From: Lama guanicoe
Lineage: Eukaryota
Direction of reading: 5' to 3'
DNA: 64,000 nt
NCBI GenBank assembly: GCA_013239625.1
Contig: MU054220.1
Span: 1,231,509-1,295,508 of the forward strand
Each line of letters opens with the position of its first letter. Position 1 is the first letter of the stretch. Below are positions 11,920-22,950 of the stretch, one piece after another. The translations under genes were made by a program, and so were the position numbers. The notes beneath the pieces are model-generated. The model was not told the DNA's origin and searched no databases. It worked only from the letters and a program-made list of their open reading frames with translations.

Positions 11920-12982
11920 CTGTTTCAAACACAAAAAGCAAAGGTGTTACCTGCAACAGGAGCACATCCGTGTCTTCTGCCAGCGCCGCTGCCCTCCCCG
12001 CCGGAAGATGGCACATCAGACAGCAGCCCCGGTCGGGACTCCACGAGTATCCATTCCCTTCCCACCCCACACAGAGATGCATGCTCCTGAAAGGGGCCTG
12101 ATTTGGGGCAGGTATTCCGCCCTGTACTTTTATCCCAGGTAGCACCGCAGGTATCTGGGCTTCTCTCTCCAGCTCAGCTCTTTGCATCCCTCCCCAGCGT
12201 CTTTCGAGAAACCATTTTCTCCCACCCAACTCCAGACATGGATTTCCCGGGACAGCCACGCGATACACACTGGGCTTATCAGAGCCCACCCAAGGAATTC
12301 TTTCCCGGGACCAGACCCCGGCTGAGAGCGCGCAAAACAGACAGAACTGCTGAACTAGAAGGCAAACTGGTGAAAAGAAAGAAGCAGGGAGGAGAGACAA
12401 GAATCACCTCATCTCTTCAAGGCCTTGCTGCCCATGGCAGGGAAATACACGTGAGCTTGCAAATTGCTCTTTTCGTCTAAGCTATCTGAAGTCTGGTTTT
12501 GGTCACCTGCCATCAGGAATTCTCACAACTACTTTGGAGTTCTGTTTCCTTATGTGTAAAAGGGCGGTCCTTCTTCTCAATTCACAGGTTACCCCTGAAA
12601 ATTCTATGAAGTCTGCAAATGACTACTCCACTGTCGATGCAGAAGACATCTGCTAGATTTGCCTGGGAAGCACCCCCTTTTCTCAGTGGACGTGGTAAGT
12701 TCCGCCAATGGGCCTCCTTGTATTAACACAGCTGTTATCTGCGCTGCTGAAAGCTTAGAGAGCTAAAGGGGCCAGCTACTTTCCTGGATGCCAGAGTCCA
12801 AAGAGCTTCAACCCCCAATGTGCTGACCTGTAAAATAAGAACATTTCTCCCTCCTTCCTCATACACATGTGGGGTCACACTGAAATCTGGAGAAGACCTC
12901 TATAAATTCTAAAACACTATATAAATATAAGAAGTTACTAAAAGTCAAACCAGCAGATCAGAAGCCCACTTCTGTAACTCAC

Positions 12983-13216
12983 CTAAGCCATTTTCTGTAA
13001 CCAGGGCATTTCTCTGTGTCTCATTTGATTCTGAAAAATACAGGGTGACGTTGTGTTGACACCTTGGCTTCAGGTCTGTTATATTGACCAGCTCCTGGCT
13101 TCCAACATCTTTAAGGAGCATCCAGTAGGTGGCACTGATGTTATCATTCTCCCAGGTAAGAGTAGCTTGCGTCACACCCGTGGAGGCAACACGAAGACCA
13201 AAAGTTTGACTCGGCT
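12983..13216 (-). CDS. PTPRJ: PTPRJ coding exon 5 (FN3-like), 234 nt, phase 1-1
   Basis: Acceptor ttttaaaatag|AG, donor TTAG|gtgagt. Encodes EPSQTFGLRVASTGVTQATLTWENDNISATYWMLLKDVGSQELVNITDLKPRCQHNVTLYFSESNETQRNALVTENGL, similar to human EPIPVSDLRVALTGVRKAALSW...VNISGLKPGVQYNI...TEGGL. Confidence 0.92.
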
Positions 13217-15453
13217 CTATTTTAAAAACACACAGTGGGCATTGATGGAATATGATATTTGTAGCCACATTTCATTAAGAATGACTGGGGACATTGATGT
13301 TTCAATGTGACCCACTAAAAATAATTCCTTTATACCAGAGTCCAGTGCCATTCCACCATCTCACAGCATTATACATCTTATGATTATACAGATCTCACAT
13401 CTTATCATTATACAGAAAAGAGGGAAAAAGAATAAACCTTAGAGCCAAAATTTTTTAGGCTGGGTACTGTTCTCCAAAATGGTTAACTCCAATAGTGATT
13501 TTGATACTCTTCTCAATTGCCCCTTCAGACAGAAACATTTAACATTTGTTTCAGGCTTCAGGAAGAAGGCATCAAATAAAGTGGTCGTTTGCTACATCTA
13601 AAGGTCTCAATTCAAGATAATACAAATAATGTTTCAGAGTACCAAGACATTTCAACCAAGACGCTCATCCCTGTATTCCAACCCCACGGGGACTTTTCAG
13701 AAGACTTTCAATCTCTACTACCCCCCCACTGCTCTTTCCATCACTTTATTTGGCTGCTTGTGACATAAACCAAACCATTTTAGCCACCACCTTCAGTCTT
13801 GAGAATAGCAGAATGACTTGCTCAAGAACGCCCACTACTGGTAGCATGTGGGAAAAACAGGAACCCAGGGCTCCAGCTTTAAGCAGACACAAGCACAAGC
13901 GGCATTGCAGATGGAGCCCCGACCCTTCTTGCGGTGGCTGAACTCAAAGACACTGGCCTGGATAACTCAGCTCTGAAGCGAGCTGATCCACACAATGATT
14001 CCATCCTTCAAGTTAAATGTATCTGTTGCAAAGATTTCTAAATCGGGTCACTCATGTCTTTTTTAAGGAAATGCAACACCAATAAATCAGCCAGCTCAAT
14101 GGTCTGGGTGACTGTTAGGAACATCACTGTATCATTGGGCTCTGGAATCAGGCTCCTGGGTTCCCACCATGTGATGCTCAGTAACTCCAGAAGCACAGAA
14201 GAAACTTAACTTCTTGGCACTGCAGTTTCTTCCACTGTAGACCTCGGGGTTACTGTGAGGATGCCCTGATGTAGGAAGGACAGCTAAGCACATAGTACAT
14301 GCTCAGTGAATAGCAGCTGATAAACACAGCCCTGACCTCGGGGGCTTGAAGGTGGACTGAGGATACCTGGCTCCTGGGCTGGGTGCTTCTGGCCACCTGT
14401 CCACCTCCTCTTTCCTGTAGTCACCAATTGTACATCATCTTGTCCCATCACCATTTCTAAATTCTGTCCTCTTCTTCCTCCTTAATTCTCATCTCTCTGC
14501 TCTCTCCTTCATTTCATCTCTTTCACAATATAATATAGCAAATCTTTTTTTTCCTTGGAAACTGTGCTCTGAGGATCTCCAGGAGTTTTTTGAAGATACC
14601 TGTGATCCTCCCTCCCCAGTTCTTTTTTACTTACTGGACTTCTGGGCAAGATTTTATTTAAAGAAATAGTTTCCTGGCTTAAAAAAAAAAAAGTTGAAAA
14701 CCACTGGTTTAGTGTTGGTCTGCTTCGTGTGCAGAAGGCGCTGGGCCAGGCGGTCACTTCAAGCCATGGGCTCAAGAGGTCAGGTTTCCATGGCCGTGAC
14801 CAGCCAATGAGACCACACTCCCAGATCAGAAAGCTAACACAGGACCTCTTTTTTAAATTCTATCTTTTTCTCAGCTTAAAAAGAGCTTCTCATCTCTTTT
14901 TTATATTTTTGGTTCTTTTTAGCTAAAAAAAAAAAGCTGTATTTGCAGCTGTAACAGGTGACTCAAGATATTGACATCTAAGCTAAATAAAAATCTAAGC
15001 TTAATTGAATATCACTGGGCTTTTATTTCATTTGAAACACATACTCCTCTATAAAACTTTCATGCCCAATAGAAGCTCCTGGGAATATAAACACAGCATT
15101 GACTTCCCTGGGGAGCCTAAAAGAAGTCTAGTAATTACCGACACCATCAAGACACACTTCTAACAGGGTCTCTCTTCCCAAGTCTTAGCAGAAAAGTATT
15201 AGCCAATACTAATAAAAGATTTTTAAAACCAAACAGTTAGAAGCAGTTAAAATATCCCAAAATACACAAGACCTTAATATTGAATGATCCTGCCACATGA
15301 ACATCTGGGCTTGAAACAACACAGAATCTTTCCTCCTCTTCCACAGTCAATGAAAACCAATCTCTTTGCAAAAGGTGAGTTGAACGCACAAGGCTCTGGG
15401 ATACAGGATGAGAAGGACGGTTCACAATCGTCCCTGGGAGCTACTCATCTTAC

Positions 15454-15657
15454 CTTTTGTGGCATTTCCTGAAGTCCCACTGACTATTTCCGGAGTTGAG
15501 TCTGTGCTGACACCACTTGTTTGATTTGAAAGACTTATCTGCCCATTTTCCGTCCCACTCTTGACTCCATGTGTGTAATCAGAAGCAGTTGCATCGTTTT
15601 TCCAGGTTGGGGTCACGTGGGTTGTACTGATGATAACAGCTTCCAGAGGACTGGATT
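15454..15657 (-). CDS. PTPRJ: PTPRJ coding exon 4 (degenerate first FN3 repeat), 204 nt, phase 1-1
   Basis: Acceptor gttacaatag|AA, donor AAAG|gtaaga, frame open. Encodes ESSPLEAVIISTTHVTPTWKNDATASDYTHGVKSGTENGQISLSNQTSGVSTDSTPEIVSGTSGNATK. The first half aligns to human KAVSISPTNVILTWKSNDTAASEYKYVVKHKMEN. Confidence 0.85.
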
Positions 15658-15717
15658 CTATTGTAACATCATTTCCCAAAAAACAAAAAAGAAAGAAAGA
15701 AAAAGGTTATACTTCAG

Positions 15718-15812
15718 GGTGGGGAGGGCATAGCTCAAGTGGTAGAGTGCATGCTTAGCATGCACAAGGTCCTGGGTTCAATCCCCAGTACTTCCTCTGG
15801 GAAAAGAAAAAA
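15718..15812 (+). mobile_element. tRNA-Ala-derived SINE, about 60 nt from the exon 4 acceptor
   Basis: ggggagggcatagctcaagtggtagagtgcatgcttagcatgcacaaggtcctgggttcaatccccagtac, with a target-site duplication resembling aaaaggttatacttca / aaaagttatatttca. Confidence 0.9.
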
Positions 15813-17744
15813 AAGTTATATTTCAAAAAGAAATGTAAGACTAAGGACTGCTCTGTATGTTTCCTTTCCAGAAGTGAATTTTGCAATCCTAGAATTTCAC
15901 TTCTCTTTATTTGCCTCCTGGACTCCCAACAAAATACACTTAGATTCCCATATATATATATATATACACATGGGTGCACGTGTTAGTGAAACAGAAGGCT
16001 GCAAAAAGAAGACAAAAACGATACAGGTTGGCCTTGTTAGCTACGACTTGAACTTGGAGTTAAATCTGTACAGAAAATGACACAAAAGAGACCTAAGATG
16101 GAAAAAGAGTCTGTCTCCTGAATCTCAGAGAACAGGGCAGGTGGAGAGGCATATATGGTGCAGAAGCAGGTGATCATTTTTTTGCCAAACCCTGGTATCA
16201 GGAGGACACTCCACAACTCTCTGACATAAAGATGCTACAGGACAGAGTAGCATAAAGAGAGAAGGACTGGTCTCGGAATCCAGACCTGGACATGAGGAAC
16301 TGCTCCGCCCCCTAGCCATGTGACCCAGAATTTGCCCCCTAAAACCTCTCAGCCTCAGGTTCCTCCTCTGTTGACAGTGCTAAGACACTACATTAAACAC
16401 AAAGGATTACTATTAAGGCACCAGGATTTGGTAAACAAAGTCACTGGACTGGGACATTCGAAAACCTGGGCTCAGAGTCCAATCCTGCTAGGCATGAGCA
16501 TGTGATTTACTAAAGGTCCTCCCGTCACGCTGAACCTCACTTGCATCATCTGTCGAATTGCACAAGTACAGGATTGTAACACCGCGGAAGCCGGTGCAGT
16601 CAGTAACAATAACTAGAACGTCAAAACGGACGCATCCCAATTGCATTCAGGATGGAGTGGTAACAACTAGAAACAGAAGAGTAATAAGCACAGGCAATAA
16701 GAGAGTCCTTCTCCTCAAGGACCTGGGGGTTGATTCCAGAAGATTAAAGGTGATGCAGGTAACACCACCTCAGCACGCACCTGGCCTTCAGATGACAGCA
16801 TGAAGAGTGTGCCTTACCTGGAACCTGGGAGATGCAAACATTTACCTAATCGATGAAGAAGGGCAGGAGAGGAAACCAGAGAAGGGAAAAGGGACCAGGC
16901 ACGGAAGAATCTGGTGACCCACAATGCAATAAACTTCATGTCAGGAAGCGCCCCCGGACTTGAGCTTCCTCTTTATAAAGTGCCCAGTTCACAGCTTCAG
17001 AGGAGCATTCTGGGCAGCTTGTCACTGCAGTGCCATTTGCAATCAGTGATGATGATGGTGATGAGGATAAAGACAAAGCAAGGGCAGCAGCAGCCCCGTT
17101 CTGGGTGCGGACCACGTGCTGTACACACATTTTCTCATTTACGCTTCACAATCACTTCATAAAGAAGGCTATGGCACCATTTTAAAGAAGGAGAAATGTG
17201 CTAACGACTCAGTTTTGTTGGTTCATACAGGGATCCTGGGGAGGTTTTGCAAAAAGCAGATTCTTAACTTTCAACAGTTCAGAAAATAAAGTGCACCTTA
17301 AAATACCTTTTTAAGATATGTTTGTGTATATACATGTACTATTTGGTAATAAAGAGGAAGAAACCGAGGTCTAAGAGGACCAATGACTTGCCCTGGGTCA
17401 TGCAGTGAGAAACTGACAGACCCAGGAAGCAAACCTGAGTCTCTGATTCTCAGTCTATGCTCTGACCTGCCACACCATCGTAGTATTGCTCAAAGGACAG
17501 ACAGAGAAGTGTCAGAGCAGCTCCCAGAGGAGCCAGGCTACCCCTCGAGCCAGGCAACAGGGCCAAGAATGGGGAGCAAAGCGATCCAAGAAGTAGTTGC
17601 TTTTTACTGTTGAAGCTGAGATACACTGTTCTTCAATACATCGCAAATATGAAGACACTGGCATTCTCTAAATCCCACCATCCGTTCCAAAAGAAAAGTC
17701 TCGCTCACTTGTCTGTACTTGTTGGCAGCAGGTACTAGAATTAC

Positions 17745-17909
17745 CTGAAAAGGTGAAATAAGGTTGCTTCCCAGAAGTCACTCCCAAAACTGAAGTGTTC
17801 CCATCACTGTCTGCCGGGGAAAACTGCTGAATCTGGCCACTTGAATTGGTTACACTTGTTACTGGGAAGTTTTCTGGTGCCTTGGTTGTAGACAACTCAC
17901 AGTTGGAGC
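17745..17909 (-). CDS. PTPRJ: PTPRJ coding exon 3 (Ser/Thr-rich N-terminal segment), 165 nt, phase 1-1; a 201-nt form ending at 17709 is also possible
   Basis: Long polypyrimidine acceptor tttttctttcctgtgttctag|GC and donor TCAG|gtaatt. Open frame CSNCELSTTKAPENFPVTSVTNSSGQIQQFSPADSDGNTSVLGVTSGKQPYFTFS. Position and phase fit human exon 3, but sequence similarity is low. Confidence 0.75.
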
Positions 17910-18693
17910 CTAGAACACAGGAAAGAAAAACAAAACATAAGCTAATAAAAGGGCACCACCTACCATACACTGGCCATTCAACAGACTTTTTTTTTTAACT
18001 ATAATTATTAAAATGTATCATAGTTCCCTCATCAACCCCCTTCCCCACGTTACAGTATCGCCTCTATGCATAGATGTTTTCTTCTTTTGCACCAATGATT
18101 CAAGCCTGCAGAAGGATCCTAGCAGCTTATTTAACCAAAGTGATTAACAAGGAAGAAAAAGCAACTGGAGAATCCTCCCTATTGTTTGCACAGGCTTTGC
18201 ATAATTACTGTTATTAACTGAGACTTTCTTTATTAGAAGGTTTCAGCAAGGTCTGCCCCCTTGCTATGGCACTGTGAGAGCATTCTAATTATTTCATCTC
18301 TATGGTTCACAGACCTTGAGATTTTACCAACCAGGAAAAAAAAAAAAAAAGTCCCCAAATTTTGAGAACAAACAAAAGCTACCAATTTTTATTTTTTCAA
18401 AGAGGTGCATTTTAAAAATTACCAAATACTATTAATTTTATTTCTTATAAAACAAATTATGATCAAAAAAATTAGTAAGGACATAATCCCAGAATAAATG
18501 CTTCTGACTGAATATATTCAGGGTCATTAAAAACTCACTATACTATCCTTATTTTTCTCAATTTCCTATAGACCCAGGAGGACTTCAGTGGACTAGCCCT
18601 AGTTAGCAACTGGGACTCAGCCTTCCACATGGAAGCAAAATACACAGGAGGCTATGTCTGGTTTGCCCGAGGTTATACAAACCCCGAACACTA

Positions 18694-18783
18694 TTTTTTT
18701 TTTAAATGGAGGTACCGGGGATTGAACCCAGGACCTCGTGCATGCTAAGCACGCACTCTCCCACTGAGCTATACCCTCCCCCC
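18694..18783 (-). mobile_element. tRNA-Ala-derived SINE
   Basis: The reverse complement reads ggggagggtatagctcagtgggagagtgcgtgcttagcatgcacgaggtcctgggttcaatccccggtacctccattt followed by poly-A. Confidence 0.9.
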
Positions 18784-19158
18784 ACCTCCATACACTGTTT
18801 TAAAAATCATGGGGCAATACAGCACCCAAGAAAAGACTGATGTGATAACAGTACATGAAATACATATAAAGCATACTGCATTATGAAAACTAAGGGGTTT
18901 TTTTTTAGTCATCCACAGATATAAGCTAGGGAGAAAAAAAATCACAGAAAAAAATTTTTTTTATTTCCCAGGATTGCACAATTGATCAAATCTTTTCTTT
19001 CACTTGCCTCTGTGACACTCACCCCAGATCTAAAGAAAAACTGGAAACTAATTAACAAATTAGCATTTTCTGTGATTTTTTCACATAGCTGTTAATGTCA
19101 CTGTGTCCATCGGGGGGCAGTTGCGAACAACACAAGAGTAATGGGAAGTGGTACTTAC

Positions 19159-19177
19159 AGTTACCTTCGCATACGAT
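19159..19177 (-). CDS. PTPRJ: PTPRJ 19-nt micro-exon 2 (end of signal peptide), phase 0-1
   Basis: tctgttttctttttctgttgcag|ATCGTATGCGAAGGTAACT|gtaagt, encoding IVCEGN. Human exon 2 is recalled as 19 nt encoding ILCAGG. Confidence 0.88.
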
Positions 19178-20009
19178 CTGCAACAGAAAAAGAAAACAGA
19201 AGTCAGCAGATTCATTCAGCCATGGCAAATGCAAATCAGAAATACAGCAGTTGAGAATTTAATAACTGGGGCAGGTTGTTAAGTCCCTTAAGCAAAGGGC
19301 CTGCTGGCCAGGGTTAGGGTGTGGGGCCACTGACTAGGGGAATTCAGTGTAACTGCGGGTCAGTTACAAACAATGGATTAACTCAGTTATATGGAGACTA
19401 AACGGCTGTTGGCTGCCTGGTGTTTTTTCCCACAGAAACACCCCACAAAAGCAACTCCCCAGGTCAGCACTCCTTCTTGTCCCTACATTGTGCATAAAGG
19501 CAGAAGGACACCAGAACAAGAGTTGAGATTCTCTGGGCCAGAAAGAAAGGAAAGTAGGACCATCACCACATCACCCCTTCCCCAGAGCCACTGCAGGTCA
19601 AGAAAGGAGGGTGTAAAACCAGACAGAAATCCACCAGGTTTGAAATTTTCATTGTGCAAAAATTCATCTTCTTCCTTCTACCAGTAGGTGGCAGTAAACT
19701 TTCTTTTTCCTAAATCATATGGCAAAGAGCTTCGAGAATAAATGTCTGAAACAGAAGAGACCTTAAAGATTCTTTAGTTGACAGTGTCTCAATCTGCCAT
19801 CTTTAGATTCCTGGGAATCCTCACACATATTTATTGTGATCCATAAATTATTTACCCATACTTGAAAAACCTAAAATAAGTCAAGATTGTTCATTCTGTT
19901 GCATAGTAAGGACACTTTTTGGTTAACAGGATGTTTCAGAGTATGGTTCTTGTGATGAGGGAAATTTTCAAAAGGGCTCTAGGGGAAAAAATGTCCTGCA
20001 GCCTCCATC

Positions 20010-20390
20010 ACACTTAGAATGAGATGCAAACTTGACCACAGCCTACATGGCCCCTCTGATCTCATCACCCCTCACGCCCTTTGAGACCTTCTTGAAGCTG
20101 GTTCTCCCTTAGAGCCTTCACATAGCGGTTCCCTTCTCCAGAAGCAATTTGCTCCTAGACCTTCCCAGATTGTGGCCTGAAATGCCACCTCTTCAAGGAG
20201 TCCTTGTCCAACCAATAGAAATTAGCTCCCTCACTCTCCATCCCATCCCTGGTGTGTTTTCCCCTCCCCATTTACTTTAGTTATTGTCAGTCTCCTCCCA
20301 CTAAACCGTAGCCTCCACTAGGACGGAAACCTCATCTGTGCTCGTGCCTAGAGTACTGCGCACAGTAGGCACTCAATAAATGCCACTGAA
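20010..20390 (+). mobile_element. L2 3' end remnant
   Basis: ttattgtcagtctcctcccactaaaccgtagcctccac...gcacagtaggcactcaataaatgc is the characteristic L2 3' terminus. Confidence 0.65.
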
Positions 20391-20849
20391 GGAAAGAACG
20401 AGCCTCTTGTTCTGGAGAGGCAGCGATCCCGAAGACCCAGAGAAGGTCCCCCAGCAAAGGTACGGCCAAGGCCAAGGCCAAGACCGGTCAGGTCCAGGAG
20501 TCGAACAATCCAGCCCAGGATTCCTTCCCCTTATCCCGCCATTTGCACTTATCAAAGGGAAGCGACAAGGACAATGTTCATTCTCATCTCTTGAAGGGCA
20601 GAGAAGGAAGGGCCTGTTCCCTGTCCCAGCTCTCAGTGACCCAGGCACCGTACTCAAAGGAATCTGGTACTCCCCCCTCTCCACTCCCTGCAAGCCCAGT
20701 GGAGGCAGGGTAAGCCCTGTTCATTTTCCTTTCCCTCTCGCCTCCTGACTCTCAAACTTCCCATTCCCACCACCGCACTCAACCCTCAAGCCCTCCTCAC
20801 CTCAGCCTAAACTTCTCCAGCTCATCTTCCTGCCTCCAGCCCCGGCCCT

Positions 20850-21450
20850 CAGCCTGCATCCACCTATTCCAGGATGGGTACACACCAGCTGGTGTCTCTC
20901 TGAAGCTCATCATGAAACAGTAGCCAGAGTGATAACCCACTGCATCATATGGCTTCCCTTCTTTCCTGGCCTCACCTCCACTTCTTTTCCCTCATCTTGA
21001 CCTCACTGGCCCAGACTTCCCAAATAAAGCATCAGCAAGCAGTTTAATCTTTGCCTCAGGACCCAGGGGACCTAAAGGACCCAGACTAAGACAAGGGCCA
21101 AGGGGACCTAAGAGAAGTCTGCAAGGGGTCTCTTGGGGGAGAGCTTCTTCACTAATAAAAAGGAATTACATGGAAAGAAATCCCATCCTGCTTTGCTGGA
21201 CTTCATCAGATCTGCCCATGGTGCCTGGAGCTGCTGCAGCCAACTATGTGATAAGGAGGGGAGGAAACCTGCTGAGAACCGCTGATGAAAAGAGGGACAA
21301 TACCTGGATCCTTGCATGGCTAAATCAAGCAATCCTAGTCCCTTCCCACGTCCAGACTTCTTGTATGGGGAGAGGCAATACCCCTTATTATTCAACTACT
21401 TTTGTTTGGACTGTCTAATATCTGCAACCAAAACAATACTATTTGACACA
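20850..21450 (+). mobile_element. Old ERVL/MaLR LTR fragments (LTR16-like, then MLT1-like)
   Basis: cccaaataaa...ttgcctcagg...cccagactaagaca end at about 21093, then gtgcctggagctgctgcagcca...ccagacttcttgtatg...tgcaaccaaa...tgacaca. Family names are tentative. Confidence 0.5.
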
Positions 21451-22464
21451 ATAACAAAAGCAAAGCAAGGCAAATAATTTTCACATTAACCTTCATTGTT
21501 ATAAAGAAAGTGAAGGGTCAGTGATCTGTCATCCAGGGTTACAGAGCTGGTCAGTGGGAGGTAAAGCCAGGAGGCAAGTCCAAGTCTGCTGGGGCCCCAG
21601 ACTCTTCCACCGACCACAGTCAGGGAGAAAAAGTCCCCTGCAAACAGCACCCTCACAAGACATCTACCATGGGGCTCCTCATAAGTACTTTTTAAAAGAA
21701 TACAATCAACAGCAAGCTCATCTTTCTCAAGTTAGCTCATTGCATAGCGGTGCCTGGGGGTGAACTGGGAGAAAATCAGTTCCCACAGATTCCATCACTG
21801 AGCACCAAAGTTAAACTGCAGAAAAAGGAAGTTGGGGACAACTTTTCAGCAGTGACAGCTAAACATGGTGACAAGAATAACCTCAGCTCCTTCCCCTTCT
21901 AAGAGGACCCAGAAGGGCACTAGTGGCTGTTAATCAAGGATTCCACCGAAGCCGCCCTGCTTGTGAGCGCCCCTCTTCCACCACCGGTCCCTAACCCAGA
22001 GCTCCGACTCTGGGCAGGGTAAGAGGCAAGCATCCCACCGGCTCCACCTCATTCAGTCCCCACAACAGCTCTGTAAAGCAGGAATGATCATCTCCACTTC
22101 ACAGATGAGGACACTGAGGCTCAGAGTACAGAACCTCCGGCCTCAGAGCTAAGGAATTTCCGGGCTAGTATGAACGTGCTCCAGGCACAGGAGGGAAAAG
22201 TGCTTCTGGGTAGAGAAAAGCCAGCACTTTCCACTCTCTACTTCTCTCTGGGCAGAAATTAAACCAGACAAAGTATGCAGAGCCAAGCCCAGGGCCAGGG
22301 GCGCATCAGGCTCCCAGCCTTCTCCCTCCTGGCTTCAGCAGACCCACCAGCAATCAGAGGGTTCTGCATGAGCCCACCCTGTGGCTAGGACTCAGGCGAC
22401 ACCAGAAGTCACAGCTCCCATACCCAAACTGAATCAGGGGCAGTGTTTGCCTAAAAGACAGTGG

Positions 22465-22950
22465 GTGTCACAGCAGCACTACTGACGACAGCCAAAAGGT
22501 GGCAACAACTGAACTGTCCATCAGCAGATGAACGGATGAGCAAAATGTGCCACACACGCACGACAGAATACGATTCAGCCATGAAAACGAAATTCTGATG
22601 CACGCTACAATGTGGATGAACCTGGAAAACATTATGCTAAATAAAAGGCAGGCACAGAAGTGTCTGTGTCTGTGTGCACACACAGTGTGCTTCCATTTAC
22701 ATGAAATGTCCAGAATAGGGAAATCCATCAAAACAGAAAGCAGCCCGGCAGTTGCCAGGGGCGAGGAAAAGGGGGATGGGATTGTGATTGCTAACGGGTA
22801 CTGCATTTTCTTTTGGGTAATGAAAATGTTTGGAACTAGACAGAGGTCATGGTTGCACAACATTGTGAATGTACCAAATGCCACTGAATGGTGTATTTTA
22901 ACATGGTTAATTTTATCCTGTGTAAATTTTGTCTCAATTAAAAAAAAAAT
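22465..22950 (+). mobile_element. L1MB-like 3' end fragment
   Basis: Translates as NEILMHATMWMNLENIMLN. Contains ggttgccagggg, gttgcacaacattgtgaatgtac and ends tctcaattaaaaaaaaa. Confidence 0.8.

Noticed and set aside
11648..12400. 250-aa minus-strand ORF as a standalone gene
   Set aside because: Only 11704-11919 matches PTPRJ and is bounded by splice sites. The rest is intron that happens to be open.
18706..18780. tRNA-Ala(AGC) gene (and likewise at the other eight SINE heads)
   Set aside because: The anticodon arm is intact here, but the acceptor stem is mismatched. The copies carry a 5' extension, A-rich tails and TSDs, and they recur nine times, so they are SINEs rather than tRNA genes.
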